Below are positions 1 to 10,458 of a stretch of 64,000 bases of DNA, one piece after another. The notes under the pieces are model-generated. The model was not told the DNA's origin. It ran no database searches and saw nothing but the letters and a program-made list of their open reading frames with translations. The first letter of the stretch is position 1. Every line of letters starts with the position of its first letter. The position numbers and the translations under genes are program-made. The stretch is from Bacilli bacterium (GTDB taxonomy: Bacteria; Bacillota_I; Bacilli_A; RF39; UBA660): contig JBBAFH010000004.1 of NCBI GenBank assembly GCA_041655535.1, positions 4,276 through 68,275 of the forward strand. Reading direction: 5' to 3'.

Positions 1-1130
1 ACCAATTGCAATTATATCTATTTTATATTTTTTAATCAGATCAAGCATTACCCGCTTACTCTTATCATATTCCAACCTTGGTTCATGTGGATATATAACT
101 TTGATGTCAATTTTTTGACCAGTATAATCAATAACCGCAAGTTTACATCCGGTACGATAAGCTGGATCTAAAGCTAATATCATTTTATCTTTTAATGGCG
201 ATTGTAATAATAAGTTTTCTAAATTTTTACTAAAATTTAAAATTGCTACATCTTCAGCTTTAAGTGTTAAATCTGATCTAATCTCTCTTTCAATACTAGG
301 TGAAATTAGACGTTTATAGCTGTCAGCTATAGCCCCTTTTACAATATCAACAACAAATGATTTTTCATCTTTAATAATTTTAGAGTTTAAATAATTAATT
401 ATTTCATCAGTGTTGATAGAAATGTTAACTGTTAATACTTTTTCCTTTTCGCCACGATTAATAGCTAATACTCGATGTGGTTTTACAAATTTTAAACTTT
501 CACTATAATCATAATATATTTCGTATGTTTTGTTTTCATCCGCTGCATTCTTTTTAAGTTTACTAACTAACTCACCGTGGATAAATGTGTTAACTCTAAT
601 CCATTTGCGATAATGAGCATTATCACTTACGTTTTCAGCAATAATATATCCTGCTCCAGTTACTGCTTCATCAACTGTTTTTACTTCATTAGTTATAAAT
701 TGAGCAGCAAGAGTATTTATATCACCAGTTGTTGGAAATTCCATTATTAATTTAGCAAGAGGCTCCAAGCCTTGTTTAATTGCTTCAGTTGCTTTGGTTT
801 TTTTCTTTTCTTTAAATGGACGATATAAATCTTCTACTTCAACTAATTTAATCGCTTTCATTATTTCTTTCTTTAATTCTTCAGTCATCAAATCTTTTTC
901 TTCAATTAATCTAATAACATCTTCTTTTCGTTTAAGTAAATTAACTTGGTATTCATATACTTCATTTATTGATCTTATTTGCTCTTCATCTAAATTACCA
1001 GTTCTTTCTTTACGATACCGAGCAATAAAAGGAATCGTATTCCCCTCGCTTAATAAATTTAATGTTTCAGTAACTTGTTTATTACTGATTTTCAAATTAA
1101 TTCCTATTTCATTTATAATATCTTCATTCA
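1..1130 (-). CDS. tex: Transcription accessory protein Tex (S1 RNA-binding), N-terminal part; C-terminus lies beyond the window start
   Basis: The minus-strand translation begins MNEDIINEIGINLKISNKQVTETLNLLSEGNTIPFIARYRKE, a typical Tex N-terminus. The start codon ATG is at 1128-1130 (complement) and the reading frame runs to position 1. Confidence 0.8.
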
Positions 1131-1170
1131 TAATCTTGTCTCCCTACTATGTCACTAACATTATAACATA

Positions 1171-2367
1171 TTAGTCGTCTTTTTTCTTGGCAAATGATGC
1201 TTTTTTTACTGATTCTGGCCCGAATTTATTATTTAAATTGTCAACTATTTTTTCTAATTCTAACTTCTTTTCTCGTTCGTTTATATTTTCAAATAGCGAT
1301 ACTTGATACGTGTTTTGATTAGTTAAAGCATCTAGCCTAATCCCTATTAATCTTACAGGTTCTTCATCCCAAAGTTCATCAAATAATTTTTTAGCAACTG
1401 TGCTTATTTCTGATGTAATATTTGTTACATTTTTCAATTTAGTCTGACGAGTCTTATTGTTAAAATATTTATCACGAAGAATAACTGCTATTACACCAGT
1501 ATAACGTTCTTGTTTTCTAAGCGATAAAGCAACATTATCAGCAATTTTATCTAACACTTTATATAAATCCCTTTTGTTACTATAATCATATTCTAAAGTA
1601 ATTGTATTACTTATTCCCTTTGGGGCGACCTCTTCGCTAATAACTTCCGAATTATCAATGCCATTAGCAATTTCAACGTATTTTACTGCTTGGTTTTTAA
1701 AGTATTTATATAACTTATTGGGATCAGATACCGCCAAATCGCCTATGGTATTTATACCTAATTCTTTCATTTTAGGTGTTGTCTTTCGTCCGATTCCAAA
1801 TAATTCTGAAATAGGTAAAGGCCACATTTTGGTTTCTATCTCTTCCATATAAAGAGTATGCACTAAATTAGGTTTCTTAAACTCTGATGCCATTTTCGCA
1901 CATAGCTTATTATTACCTATTCCGATATTTACTGTAAAACCTAATTTATTTTGTATTTCATTTTTGATTTTATAAGCAAACTCTAATTCATCACCATATA
2001 ATTTTTTGACTTTTGTATAATCTAAAAAACATTCATCAATTGAATATATTTCAATATCTGGTGTGTAATTACTAAGTAACTTAAATAATTCATTTGACAT
2101 CTGTGAATATAGTTTATGATTTGGCGGATACACTTTAAGCACCTTACATTTCTTTCTAGCAGCATATAGAGTTTCACCAGTTATTATTCCTAATTTTTTC
2201 GCACTAGGTGACTTTGCTAAAACTATTCCCGCACGGCGACTTTCATCCCCACCAATAACGGCATAACTGTCTCTAATATCGTACTTAAATCCACTTTTCA
2301 AAAGTGACACTGCCGTCCATGATAAAAAGGCATTATTAACATCAATATGTAAGATAATTCTTTTCAT
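1171..2367 (-). CDS. dinB: DNA polymerase IV (Y-family translesion polymerase)
   Basis: 398 aa; the N-terminus ILHIDVNNAFLSWTAV and the overall architecture match the ImpB/DinB family. Confidence 0.85.
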   Translation of the reverse strand: MKRIILHIDVNNAFLSWTAVSLLKSGFKYDIRDSYAVIGGDESRRAGIVLAKSPSAKKLGIITGETLYAARKKCKVLKVYPPNHKLYSQMSNELFKLLSNYTPDIEIYSIDECFLDYTKVKKLYGDELEFAYKIKNEIQNKLGFTVNIGIGNNKLCAKMASEFKKPNLVHTLYMEEIETKMWPLPISELFGIGRKTTPKMKELGINTIGDLAVSDPNKLYKYFKNQAVKYVEIANGIDNSEVISEEVAPKGISNTITLEYDYSNKRDLYKVLDKIADNVALSLRKQERYTGVIAVILRDKYFNNKTRQTKLKNVTNITSEISTVAKKLFDELWDEEPVRLIGIRLDALTNQNTYQVSLFENINEREKKLELEKIVDNLNNKFGPESVKKASFAKKKDD

Positions 2368-2409
2368 TTTATCACCACTTTAATTATAACACGGACAAAT
2401 GTTCTTATA

Positions 2410-2436
2410 AAGAAAAAAACAGATATATATCTGTTT
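2410..2436 (-). terminator. Rho-independent terminator downstream of the ZIP transporter gene
   Basis: Hairpin AACAGATATATATCTGTT at 2418-2435, flanked by an A-run on the plus strand (a U-run on the minus-strand transcript). Confidence 0.5.
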
Positions 2437-3184
2437 AGTGAAATAATGTGCTAATAAGCATAATCAAAATACCAATGATAATTCCAATAATATTATTTTG
2501 CTTACTATTTCCGTGCTTAATATGTGGTAATAATTCAAATACAACAATATAAACAAGCATTCCTTGAGTTATTGCTAAAACAATTCCGAGTAAAGTTGAG
2601 CTATCTAAAATACTACCGCTTAAATACATGATTAATCCACCAACAAAAGTAGAAATTGATATTAAAAATAAAATTATTGATGTTTTAGAAATTTTCGTTT
2701 TAGATTTATCAAGTGCCGAAGTAATAACCATTCCCATTGGAATGTTATGTAGACCAACCCCTAACCCCATTAATAATCCCATTGATACTGAAGTGGTAAC
2801 TGTTGCATAAATAGCCATTCCTTCAATCACGTTATGTAATATAATAGCGATACTTGAAACAAGTCCTAAATGAAAAAGTTCTGATCCATGCCCATGACCG
2901 TGATTGGGAATCAAACTTTCTAAAGCCATTAGTATTAATAATCCTAATGTTGAAAAACCAATAACCATTAAGGTTGTAACAAAGGAATCATAATTTTCTC
3001 CTAACAATTCAAATGATTCGGGAACTAAATCTAAAATTAATAACGATACTATAACTCCTAGTGCAACACTAATTGAAAAATGAACGAATTTATCATTATT
3101 TTTAGTTAATTTAACAATTGCTGTTCCAATTAAAATAAACATACCAATAAATAATGTAAATAATAAACCAGTTAATTCGTACAT
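2435..3184 (-). CDS. zupT: ZIP family zinc/metal transporter (ZupT-like)
   Basis: 249-aa polytopic membrane protein with the HGHGHGSE His-rich motif and a ZIP-like helix pattern. Confidence 0.7.
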   Translation of the reverse strand: MYELTGLLFTLFIGMFILIGTAIVKLTKNNDKFVHFSISVALGVIVSLLILDLVPESFELLGENYDSFVTTLMVIGFSTLGLLILMALESLIPNHGHGHGSELFHLGLVSSIAIILHNVIEGMAIYATVTTSVSMGLLMGLGVGLHNIPMGMVITSALDKSKTKISKTSIILFLISISTFVGGLIMYLSGSILDSSTLLGIVLAITQGMLVYIVVFELLPHIKHGNSKQNNIIGIIIGILIMLISTLFH

Positions 3185-3197
3185 ATTATCATCCTCT

Positions 3198-5585
3198 CTA
3201 ATTAAAATGTTTTGGATATTTCGCTTTTAATTTATAATACACTCCCGTTAAATATTTAAAATTAGTAATTGAAATAACCATTAATATCCCTAAAATAATC
3301 CATAGTTTCAAAGTCAATTCTGTAAGTGAAAATAAATCAGGCAGTCCTAAAACACCAATTAAAAAACCTGAAATTCCAAACACCATTAACCCCAATCTAA
3401 TTATATTAAAAGGAATTGATATTCTATATAATAACACAAATCCCATAAAAGCACTAATAAGTACTGATAAAGTTGTGGTTTCTTTGAGCGATAAATTTAG
3501 TAGTTGACCAATAATCATAATAAGAACGATATTTATCACATTAGTAAATGCTGTTGGCATCGCTTTACTTATTACATTTGTTAGAAAATTACCTTTAATT
3601 CTTTCGTTATTTGGTTCGATTGCCAAAATGAACGATGGAATACCTATTGTAAAAACACTTGTTAAACTAAGTTGTATTGGTTCAAATGGATACGGAAAAC
3701 TAATAAATAAAAATAAAATTGCTAGAACTGTTGCATAAATTGTTTTTGCCAAAAACAAAGTTGCTGATCTTTCAATATTATTAATAGTCCTTCTTCCCTC
3801 ACCAACAACGTGAGGCATTGCATCAAAATTAGAATCTAATAATATTAATTCAGAAACATTTCTAGCAGCATCACTTCCACTAGCCATAGCAACTCCACAA
3901 TCAGCTGATTTAAGTGCTAGAACATCGTTAACACCATCTCCAACAAATCCAACAGTATGTCCTTTTTCTTGCAATGCTTTAATTATTATTTTCTTTTGAT
4001 TTGGACTAACACGTCCAAAAATATCAAATTTAGTAGCGGCTTCTTTTAATTCTATTTCGTCTTTTATAAGTGATGCATCAATGTAATTAGAATTAGTATA
4101 TAAACCCAATCTCGAAGCAATATCAACAACAGTTAATACATTATCTCCAGATATCACTTTAATGTTAACACCTTGATCATCAAAATATTTAAGTGTTTTA
4201 ATTGCTTCTTCACGAATGTTGTCTCTAAGAAGAATTAAGCCTACAGGTTTTAAATCTCCTGGTAGTTGTTGGTCTCTAAATTCGCTATCACTACTTGCTA
4301 AGACTAGAACTCGATAATTAATCGAATATTTATTGACCAGTTTTTCAACTGTTTGATAGTTAGTTTTTAAAACAAATTCAGGTGCTCCAATTACATAAGT
4401 TCCTTCATTTTTGAAACTGACACCTGACCACTTTCTTGATGATGAAAATGGAATAATTTGTTTTATTTCAAATGAAGTATCCATATTATACTTTTCTTGT
4501 AAAGCTTTCATTGTATTGTTAGTATCAAGATTATTGACAACTTCTGACATTATTTTATTAATATTAGTTGTTTTATCAATAGAAATGAAATCAACAAATT
4601 TCATTTGACCATCGGTCAATGTACCTGTTTTATCAAGACAAATAGTATCGATTCTCGCTAATGTTTCAACACTGTATAATTGTTGAATTAAGACACGATG
4701 ACGGGCTAAACGAATAACACTGATAGCTAAAACAGTACTTGTAAGAAGGACTAATCCTTCTGGTATCATTCCAATTAACGCAGCAACAGTATTAATAACA
4801 GCTTTATTTAAATTGTTATCATCAATTGATAATTGTTTTAAAAACAGGATTATTCCTAGTGGAACAATAACAATTGAAATATATTTAATTATCTTGTTTA
4901 AAGAATACATTAATTGTGATTTTTTTTGTTTTAATGTTTTTGCCTCGCTTGTTATTTTAGCGGTATAATTATCAGTTCCAACATGTGTTATTTGAGCCAT
5001 TACTTTACCACTAACAATGAAACTTCCAGATAATAATTGATCTCCTATATTTTTATAGATTGGATCAGATTCACCTGTAATTAATGATTCATTTACTTCA
5101 CAATTACCATCTAATACAACAGAATCACAGACAACCTGATTACCACTTTCAATAATTGTTAAATCATCGATAACGATTTCATTTAGTGGAATCAGTTCTT
5201 CATTACCATTTCTTACAACCTTAGATTTACTAGCAGTAATTAATGATAATTTATCTATAATTCTTTTAGCATTTATTTCTTGAATAATACCAATCAATGT
5301 ATTACAAATAACGACTCCCATGAAGGCAACGTTTTTAAATGATCCAACTGATAAGACTGCAATTGCTAGACCAAAGTTTAAAAAGTTAAATAGTGTAAAA
5401 ATATGACTACTAATAATTTCAGATATCGTTTTACTAGGAACAACTGTATCATAATTAACTTGATTATTATCTATTCTCTGATTAACTTCTTTTAATAAGA
5501 GACCTGTTTTCATATTTGTTTGATATTCTTTCATATTTTTGACCCCATTCAATTTAATTATAACATTGAATTTTTTAATAAACAA
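3198..5585 (-). CDS. Cation-transporting P-type ATPase (Ca2+/Mg2+-type)
   Basis: Contains the DKTGTLT phosphorylation motif and the GDGVNDVLALKSADCGVAM hinge motif, with 8-10 TM helices. The start may be the internal Met (MKEYQ...). Confidence 0.85.
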   Translation of the reverse strand: MFIKKFNVIIKLNGVKNMKEYQTNMKTGLLLKEVNQRIDNNQVNYDTVVPSKTISEIISSHIFTLFNFLNFGLAIAVLSVGSFKNVAFMGVVICNTLIGIIQEINAKRIIDKLSLITASKSKVVRNGNEELIPLNEIVIDDLTIIESGNQVVCDSVVLDGNCEVNESLITGESDPIYKNIGDQLLSGSFIVSGKVMAQITHVGTDNYTAKITSEAKTLKQKKSQLMYSLNKIIKYISIVIVPLGIILFLKQLSIDDNNLNKAVINTVAALIGMIPEGLVLLTSTVLAISVIRLARHRVLIQQLYSVETLARIDTICLDKTGTLTDGQMKFVDFISIDKTTNINKIMSEVVNNLDTNNTMKALQEKYNMDTSFEIKQIIPFSSSRKWSGVSFKNEGTYVIGAPEFVLKTNYQTVEKLVNKYSINYRVLVLASSDSEFRDQQLPGDLKPVGLILLRDNIREEAIKTLKYFDDQGVNIKVISGDNVLTVVDIASRLGLYTNSNYIDASLIKDEIELKEAATKFDIFGRVSPNQKKIIIKALQEKGHTVGFVGDGVNDVLALKSADCGVAMASGSDAARNVSELILLDSNFDAMPHVVGEGRRTINNIERSATLFLAKTIYATVLAILFLFISFPYPFEPIQLSLTSVFTIGIPSFILAIEPNNERIKGNFLTNVISKAMPTAFTNVINIVLIMIIGQLLNLSLKETTTLSVLISAFMGFVLLYRISIPFNIIRLGLMVFGISGFLIGVLGLPDLFSLTELTLKLWIILGILMVISITNFKYLTGVYYKLKAKYPKHFN

Positions 5586-5628
5586 TTACATTTTTTAAAA
5601 AAACGAGTTGGGTTAACAACTCATTTAA

Positions 5629-6549
5629 TTATATTTTTAAATGTTTTCGAACTGCTCGCCAGCTACCTACCATACCAACTAAAATACCTATCATTACCAG
5701 AACGCCCGATACATAATAAACAAATGGTGAGGGATTGATAAGTTTTATAAATGGCGAGAACAATTGTCCATTAAAATTTTTGAATAATGCCATATATCCA
5801 TATGAAGTAATAATTATAGGTATAATTGAACCAAGTATTCCTAAAAATAGGCCTTCTAAAATAAATGGTATTTTAATATTTATGTTTGATGCTCCCACTA
5901 AACGCATAATCCCAATTTCAGTTCTTCTTGAAAATATAGTTATCTTAATCGTATTTGAAATCAAGAAAGCGGTTACTAAGACTAAAGAGACCACTATAAT
6001 AAAACTTATTTTTTCAACAACTTCAAACACTTTTACTAATTGCTCAACCATACCTTCTCCATATTTTACAACAGCAACGTTTTCCATCTCACTAATTAAA
6101 TTAGCTGTATCTCCAATTTTTTCAATATCAGTTACTTTAACCAAAAATGTGTTTTGAATAGGATTTTCATCTAGTGACCAACCTTCCATAATGTTTTTGA
6201 AAATATCAGAAGATTCAATCATATCATTGGTTATATCTTCCTTAGATTGAAATTCATATGATTCAACATTTTGTAATGTATTAATTTTCTCTTCTATTTC
6301 TTTTATTTCATCGTCTGTTGCTTCATTTTCAATAAAGGCAACGATAGTTACATCTTTTTCAACTAAAACAGCAAAATTATTAACATTGTAAGATAAAACT
6401 ATTGAAATAGAGACAACTAATAAAGTAATTGTTATCGATGATATTGATGCCATTGATAAAGAGAAATTTCGAAAAACACTTTTAAATGAATCTCTTATAT
6501 TACGACCTAAAATTCTAAATATTCTCATTTTTATATGTTCCTTCCTCAT
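5629..6549 (-). CDS. ftsX: Cell division ABC transporter permease FtsX
   Basis: 306 aa with the FtsX topology (TM helix, large extracellular loop, three C-terminal TM helices), immediately downstream of ftsE. The start may be the internal Met at 6528. Confidence 0.85.
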   Translation of the reverse strand: MRKEHIKMRIFRILGRNIRDSFKSVFRNFSLSMASISSITITLLVVSISIVLSYNVNNFAVLVEKDVTIVAFIENEATDDEIKEIEEKINTLQNVESYEFQSKEDITNDMIESSDIFKNIMEGWSLDENPIQNTFLVKVTDIEKIGDTANLISEMENVAVVKYGEGMVEQLVKVFEVVEKISFIIVVSLVLVTAFLISNTIKITIFSRRTEIGIMRLVGASNINIKIPFILEGLFLGILGSIIPIIITSYGYMALFKNFNGQLFSPFIKLINPSPFVYYVSGVLVMIGILVGMVGSWRAVRKHLKI

Positions 6550-7210
6550 AATCTTTTAATATTCTTCCAGCATCTAACAATATAACCCTCTTTTTCATTT
6601 TCTTGACAATCTTACGATCATGAGTAACCATAATAATTGTCGTTCCTAATTTATTAATTTCATCTAAAACATCCATTATTTCAGAACTTGTTTCTTCATC
6701 TAAGTTTCCAGTTGGTTCATCACAGATTAACAGTTTTGGACCATTAACAATTGCTCTAGCAATAGCTACTCTTTGTTGTTCTCCACCAGATAATTGATTA
6801 GGGTAACTTTTAAGACGATTTTTTAATCCTACTAGTTCTAAAACTTTAATAACTCGTTTATGAATTTCATCTTTTGGCGCTCCAAATATTTCTAAGGCAA
6901 AAGCAACATTTTCATAAACAGTAGATTTTTCTAAAAGTCGGAAATCTTGAAAAACTACGCCTATTTGTCTTCTCAGTTTATAAACTTTACTATTTTTTAA
7001 TTTAGCAACATCTATTCCACCAACAATAATTTGTCCACTTGTTGGCTTTTCTTCACGATAAAACATTTTTATTAACGTGGATTTACCACACCCAGTCGAT
7101 CCTATAATAAAAACAAATTCTCCTTTTTTTATTTTCAAATCTAAATCGTATATGGCGGTAACACCGGTATTATATACCTTTTTAGCCTTACGAATATTTA
7201 TTAGGTCCAT
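6515..7210 (-). CDS. ftsE: Cell division ATP-binding protein FtsE
   Basis: Walker A motif GSTGCGKST, an ABC signature LSGGEQQR and Walker B LLICDEPTGNLD; 231 aa. Confidence 0.9.
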   Translation of the reverse strand: MDLINIRKAKKVYNTGVTAIYDLDLKIKKGEFVFIIGSTGCGKSTLIKMFYREEKPTSGQIIVGGIDVAKLKNSKVYKLRRQIGVVFQDFRLLEKSTVYENVAFALEIFGAPKDEIHKRVIKVLELVGLKNRLKSYPNQLSGGEQQRVAIARAIVNGPKLLICDEPTGNLDEETSSEIMDVLDEINKLGTTIIMVTHDRKIVKKMKKRVILLDAGRILKDYEEGTYKNENI

Positions 7211-7227
7211 AATATCACTACTTTCAT

Positions 7228-8329
7228 TTATATTATATTTATTTTTAAATTAGCATTTATAAACATATCAATATCACCATCTAACACTTTTACAGCATTA
7301 CCTGTTTCTGTATTAGTTCGATGATCTTTAACCATTGAATAAGGATGTAAAATATAACTTCTAATTTGTGAACCAAAGTTAATATCAACCGGTCCACCTT
7401 TAATATCTTTTAGTGTTTGTTCTTGTTTTTCTAATTCCAAAAGATATAATTTATTTTTTAAAATTTCAAGTGCTTTTTCTTTGTTTTGAATTTGACTTCT
7501 TTCATTTTGGCAAGTTACAACTATTTTTGTTGGCACATGTGTAATTCTTACTGCGCTATCAGTTGTATTAACTGACTGTCCACCTGCTCCACTACTTCTA
7601 TATACATCAATAACTAAATCATTTTCTTTTATTTCAATATTTACTTCATTATCAAATAATGGAGCAACGTCAACAGAAGCAAAGGAAGTATGTCTTTTAG
7701 AGTTAGAATCAAATGGTGATATTCTAATTAGCCTATGAACCCCAATTTCATTTTTTAAATATCCATATACATTCAAACCTTTAACAAGGATAGCTACAGT
7801 TTTATAACCTGTCTCATCTCCCTTTTGAAAGTATATAATTTCAAAAGAATATTCCTTTTTTTCAAAATATCTAATATACATACGATAAAGCATAGCAGCC
7901 CAATCATTAGCTTCGGTTCCGCCAGCACCAGAATGAATTTCTAGTATTGCATCTAATTTATCATATGGTCCATTTAGTAAAAGAAGGTTTTCTAAATCTT
8001 CTAATCTTTTCAAAATAACATTTACATTATTTTCAATCATTGATTTAATTTCATTATCAAATTCTTCTTTTAACAATTGTAGCAGTTCTAAATCATTGGT
8101 AATTGCCTCTTTTACAGAGACGACACCATCAATAGTTTTTTTGAGTTCATTGTATTCTTCGATTATCTTTTCGTTATTTGATTTGTCGCTCCAAAAATCA
8201 GGGGCATTCATAATTTGCTCTAAATCCTGCTTTTTATTTATTTTAGAATCAAGGTCAAAGAGACACCCATAATTCATTAGTTCTTTTTAAATAATCATTA
8301 TAAAAATTGTATAATTCACTTAGTTCCAA
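7228..8329 (-). CDS. prfB: Peptide chain release factor 2, requiring a programmed +1 ribosomal frameshift
   Basis: Carries the SPF motif (SPFDSNSKRHTSFASV) and the GGQ motif. A short upstream frame (TTG start at 8329-8327, reading LELSELYNFYNDYLKRTNELWVSL) ends at the in-frame UGA within CTT TGA C (8260-8254). An internal SD-like GGGTG sits 3 nt upstream of CUU. The downstream frame continues FDLDSKINKK. Confidence 0.9.
8254..8268 (-). other. prfB autoregulatory +1 frameshift site: internal SD-like GGGUG, then UCU CUU UGA C
   Basis: The sequence reads GGGTGTCTCTTTGAC on the minus strand, analogous to E. coli AGGGGGUAUCUUUGAC. Confidence 0.85.
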
Positions 8330-8427
8330 TTATCATCACTCCTGTGCATTTATTATATCAAATATACTACTATTTTTCTACCCATAATAAAACTATTAGT
8401 ATAATTTTTACTAATAGTTTTTACACT

Positions 8428-8709
8428 CTATTGACTAATTTTTTTTAGAACAAAATACTTACACTCATATGAGCAACTGTCATTAATATATGATTCTTTT
8501 ACTTTAATATCATTGATTTTTTTATAATTCGGACTTCCTTTATCACAAAATCCTTTAAGTCGCATTTTACCATATGACCAATCACCAACAATATAATCAA
8601 AATCATCAAAATATTCAGTTATTTTTTCTGTAACAATTTCTAAATCAAAACCTTCTTTATAGTTTTCGATTAATTCATATTCTTTATCGTTTATTTTATA
8701 TTTTTTCAT
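8428..8709 (-). CDS. YutD-like protein (DUF1027 family)
   Basis: 93 aa with the motif DDFDYIVGDWSYGKMRLKGF, which resembles the YutD family. Confidence 0.5.
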   Translation of the reverse strand: MKKYKINDKEYELIENYKEGFDLEIVTEKITEYFDDFDYIVGDWSYGKMRLKGFCDKGSPNYKKINDIKVKESYINDSCSYECKYFVLKKISQ

Positions 8710-8719
8710 TTTACACCTC

Positions 8720-10417
8720 TTAATACGATTTTTTAAATGCTTCTGATACTTCTTTATATTTACTTAAACTTGAACTAGCATTCCATGTCATATACCCACC
8801 ATCTAATCCGGCATCATATAATCCTTGAATTTGTTCTGAAATCTTTTGTGCATCATATTCAATTCTTGGAGCCCGAATGGCATTATAAGTTTGAATCCAA
8901 GTTCTGACAACAGCTGGAGTCGGAATTTCCTTTTGTCTAACAGCAACATAATTTTCTCCCCAAAATTTTAGTAATTTATAAGGAATTGTCCAAACAATTT
9001 CGTCAAACTCATATTCATGTGCATTAAAATGATCTGGATAAGGCATTGGACTAATAACATCAACTACATTTGAAATTGCTCCCCAATATTGGCCATAACC
9101 AGTTACATAAGGATGAGCTGCTTCACCAAAAACATCAGCCGCAACATAAACGCCAAGTTGATGGATTTCATCAGTTGCATACATTAAAAACCCTTGAATT
9201 GCTTGGGCCTTATCTTCTTTGTAAATGTTTTTCATATCAATTGTTCCTTCTTGTTCCAGCTTAAGTGTTCGATCCGGAAAACGTACATAGTCAAATTGTA
9301 TTTCATGAAAGCCCATTTCTTTTGCAGCTTCTTTTCCAAGCTCTACATTAAATTCCCACACCTTACGATTATAAGCACTCGGCCAGAAGGAACCATTGTG
9401 ATTAAAAGGTTCACGAGTGACATTATCAATAATCGCACTCTCAGGGTTATCTTTTATAAAATACGAATCTTTAAAAACCGTTATTCTACCAATTACATAA
9501 AAACCTTCGTCAATTAATTTTTTAATTGCTTTTTGATAATATTCAAAACTGTTATGAGCTCTTTCAAAGTTAGTAGGAGAATATTTTTTCATAATTGGAG
9601 AGGCATAACCCGGTGATGTATTATCTTTAATATCAACTACGAAGGCATTAATATTTGATTCTTTAGCAATCTTGATATATTCATCAATATTTCCTAAAAC
9701 ACCACCATTTAAATATAAACTACGAACTTCTTTTGGCATGATATTATCATCAAATTTGGGTTTCACACGGGGATAATAATCCAGATTTCCTGCCGCTCCT
9801 CCACCTAATCTATCAATTCTAGTTAAATGCTTCTGATACATCCCTTTTTCATCATAATTTTGAAGGGCTAATTCTTTTGTTTCAACTAAATATTTGCCAT
9901 ATACATAACCTGTAATATCTCCATATTTAATTTTATATTTATTAACTTTTCCATCAGCTATTAATTTATCAAATCCAAGAATTTCAACTTCCTCACCTTT
10001 TTTAATCATTGAAGCGATCGAACTATCATTAACATTATTATATACAGTAACAGGAGTTCTTACATATAATTTTTCTTCCAAGACAGCCTCCTCTACTTTA
10101 CTAACTAAACTTTTCTTTTCAATCAAATATAATTTATCATTATATTTGATTTTGTAATATGTTTTTTCTTGATGGGTCAATTCCTTAGAATAATAATTTA
10201 CAGTCGTCCCTCTTGGAATCGTCCCTGCTTCAATAAAGTTCTCATCATATAATTTAATTGTCGAGACGTTGCTTGCAACAAATACTTTGTTTTTACTAGA
10301 CGTTAATCCACCATTTTTTAAATTTTTAGGTAGAATGAACAACAATAATACAGATAATACAAGTATTCCTATAGCAATAAGCACCCTTTTAACATTAAGT
10401 TTTTTAGTCATAACCAT
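8720..10417 (-). CDS. Membrane-anchored putative glycoside hydrolase-like protein (GHL/DUF4015-type TIM barrel)
   Basis: An N-terminal TM helix followed by a beta-rich region and then a C-terminal domain with the motifs NAFVVDIKD...GFHEIQFDYVRFP, typical of the GHL-type putative hydrolase families. Confidence 0.5.
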   Translation of the reverse strand: MVMTKKLNVKRVLIAIGILVLSVLLLFILPKNLKNGGLTSSKNKVFVASNVSTIKLYDENFIEAGTIPRGTTVNYYSKELTHQEKTYYKIKYNDKLYLIEKKSLVSKVEEAVLEEKLYVRTPVTVYNNVNDSSIASMIKKGEEVEILGFDKLIADGKVNKYKIKYGDITGYVYGKYLVETKELALQNYDEKGMYQKHLTRIDRLGGGAAGNLDYYPRVKPKFDDNIMPKEVRSLYLNGGVLGNIDEYIKIAKESNINAFVVDIKDNTSPGYASPIMKKYSPTNFERAHNSFEYYQKAIKKLIDEGFYVIGRITVFKDSYFIKDNPESAIIDNVTREPFNHNGSFWPSAYNRKVWEFNVELGKEAAKEMGFHEIQFDYVRFPDRTLKLEQEGTIDMKNIYKEDKAQAIQGFLMYATDEIHQLGVYVAADVFGEAAHPYVTGYGQYWGAISNVVDVISPMPYPDHFNAHEYEFDEIVWTIPYKLLKFWGENYVAVRQKEIPTPAVVRTWIQTYNAIRAPRIEYDAQKISEQIQGLYDAGLDGGYMTWNASSSLSKYKEVSEAFKKSY

Positions 10418-10458
10418 TCTCCTATCTAGATACTATTAGTATATCACAGTGAATAATT

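Noticed and set aside
794-1174. Plus-strand 126-aa ORF overlapping tex, and the many other 60-120-aa ORFs antisense to long genes (for example 1658..1852, 2628..2810, 4411..4608, 5735..6157, 9070..9517, 20686..21633, 25179..25430, 27011..27202, 29486..29765, 32640..33002, 33528..34004, 36707..37003, 39865..40370, 43249..43437, 46381..46587, 47762..47962, 50160..50729, 52524..53241, 53964..54680, 55883..56080, 61733..61915, 63470..63763)
   Set aside because: These are shadow ORFs in AT-rich DNA, fully embedded in well-supported genes on the opposite strand. They lack ribosome-binding sites and have low-complexity translations.
7228-8277. prfB as an N-terminally truncated gene or pseudogene
   Set aside because: The upstream frame plus the CUU UGA C motif show the canonical programmed +1 frameshift, so this is not a defect.
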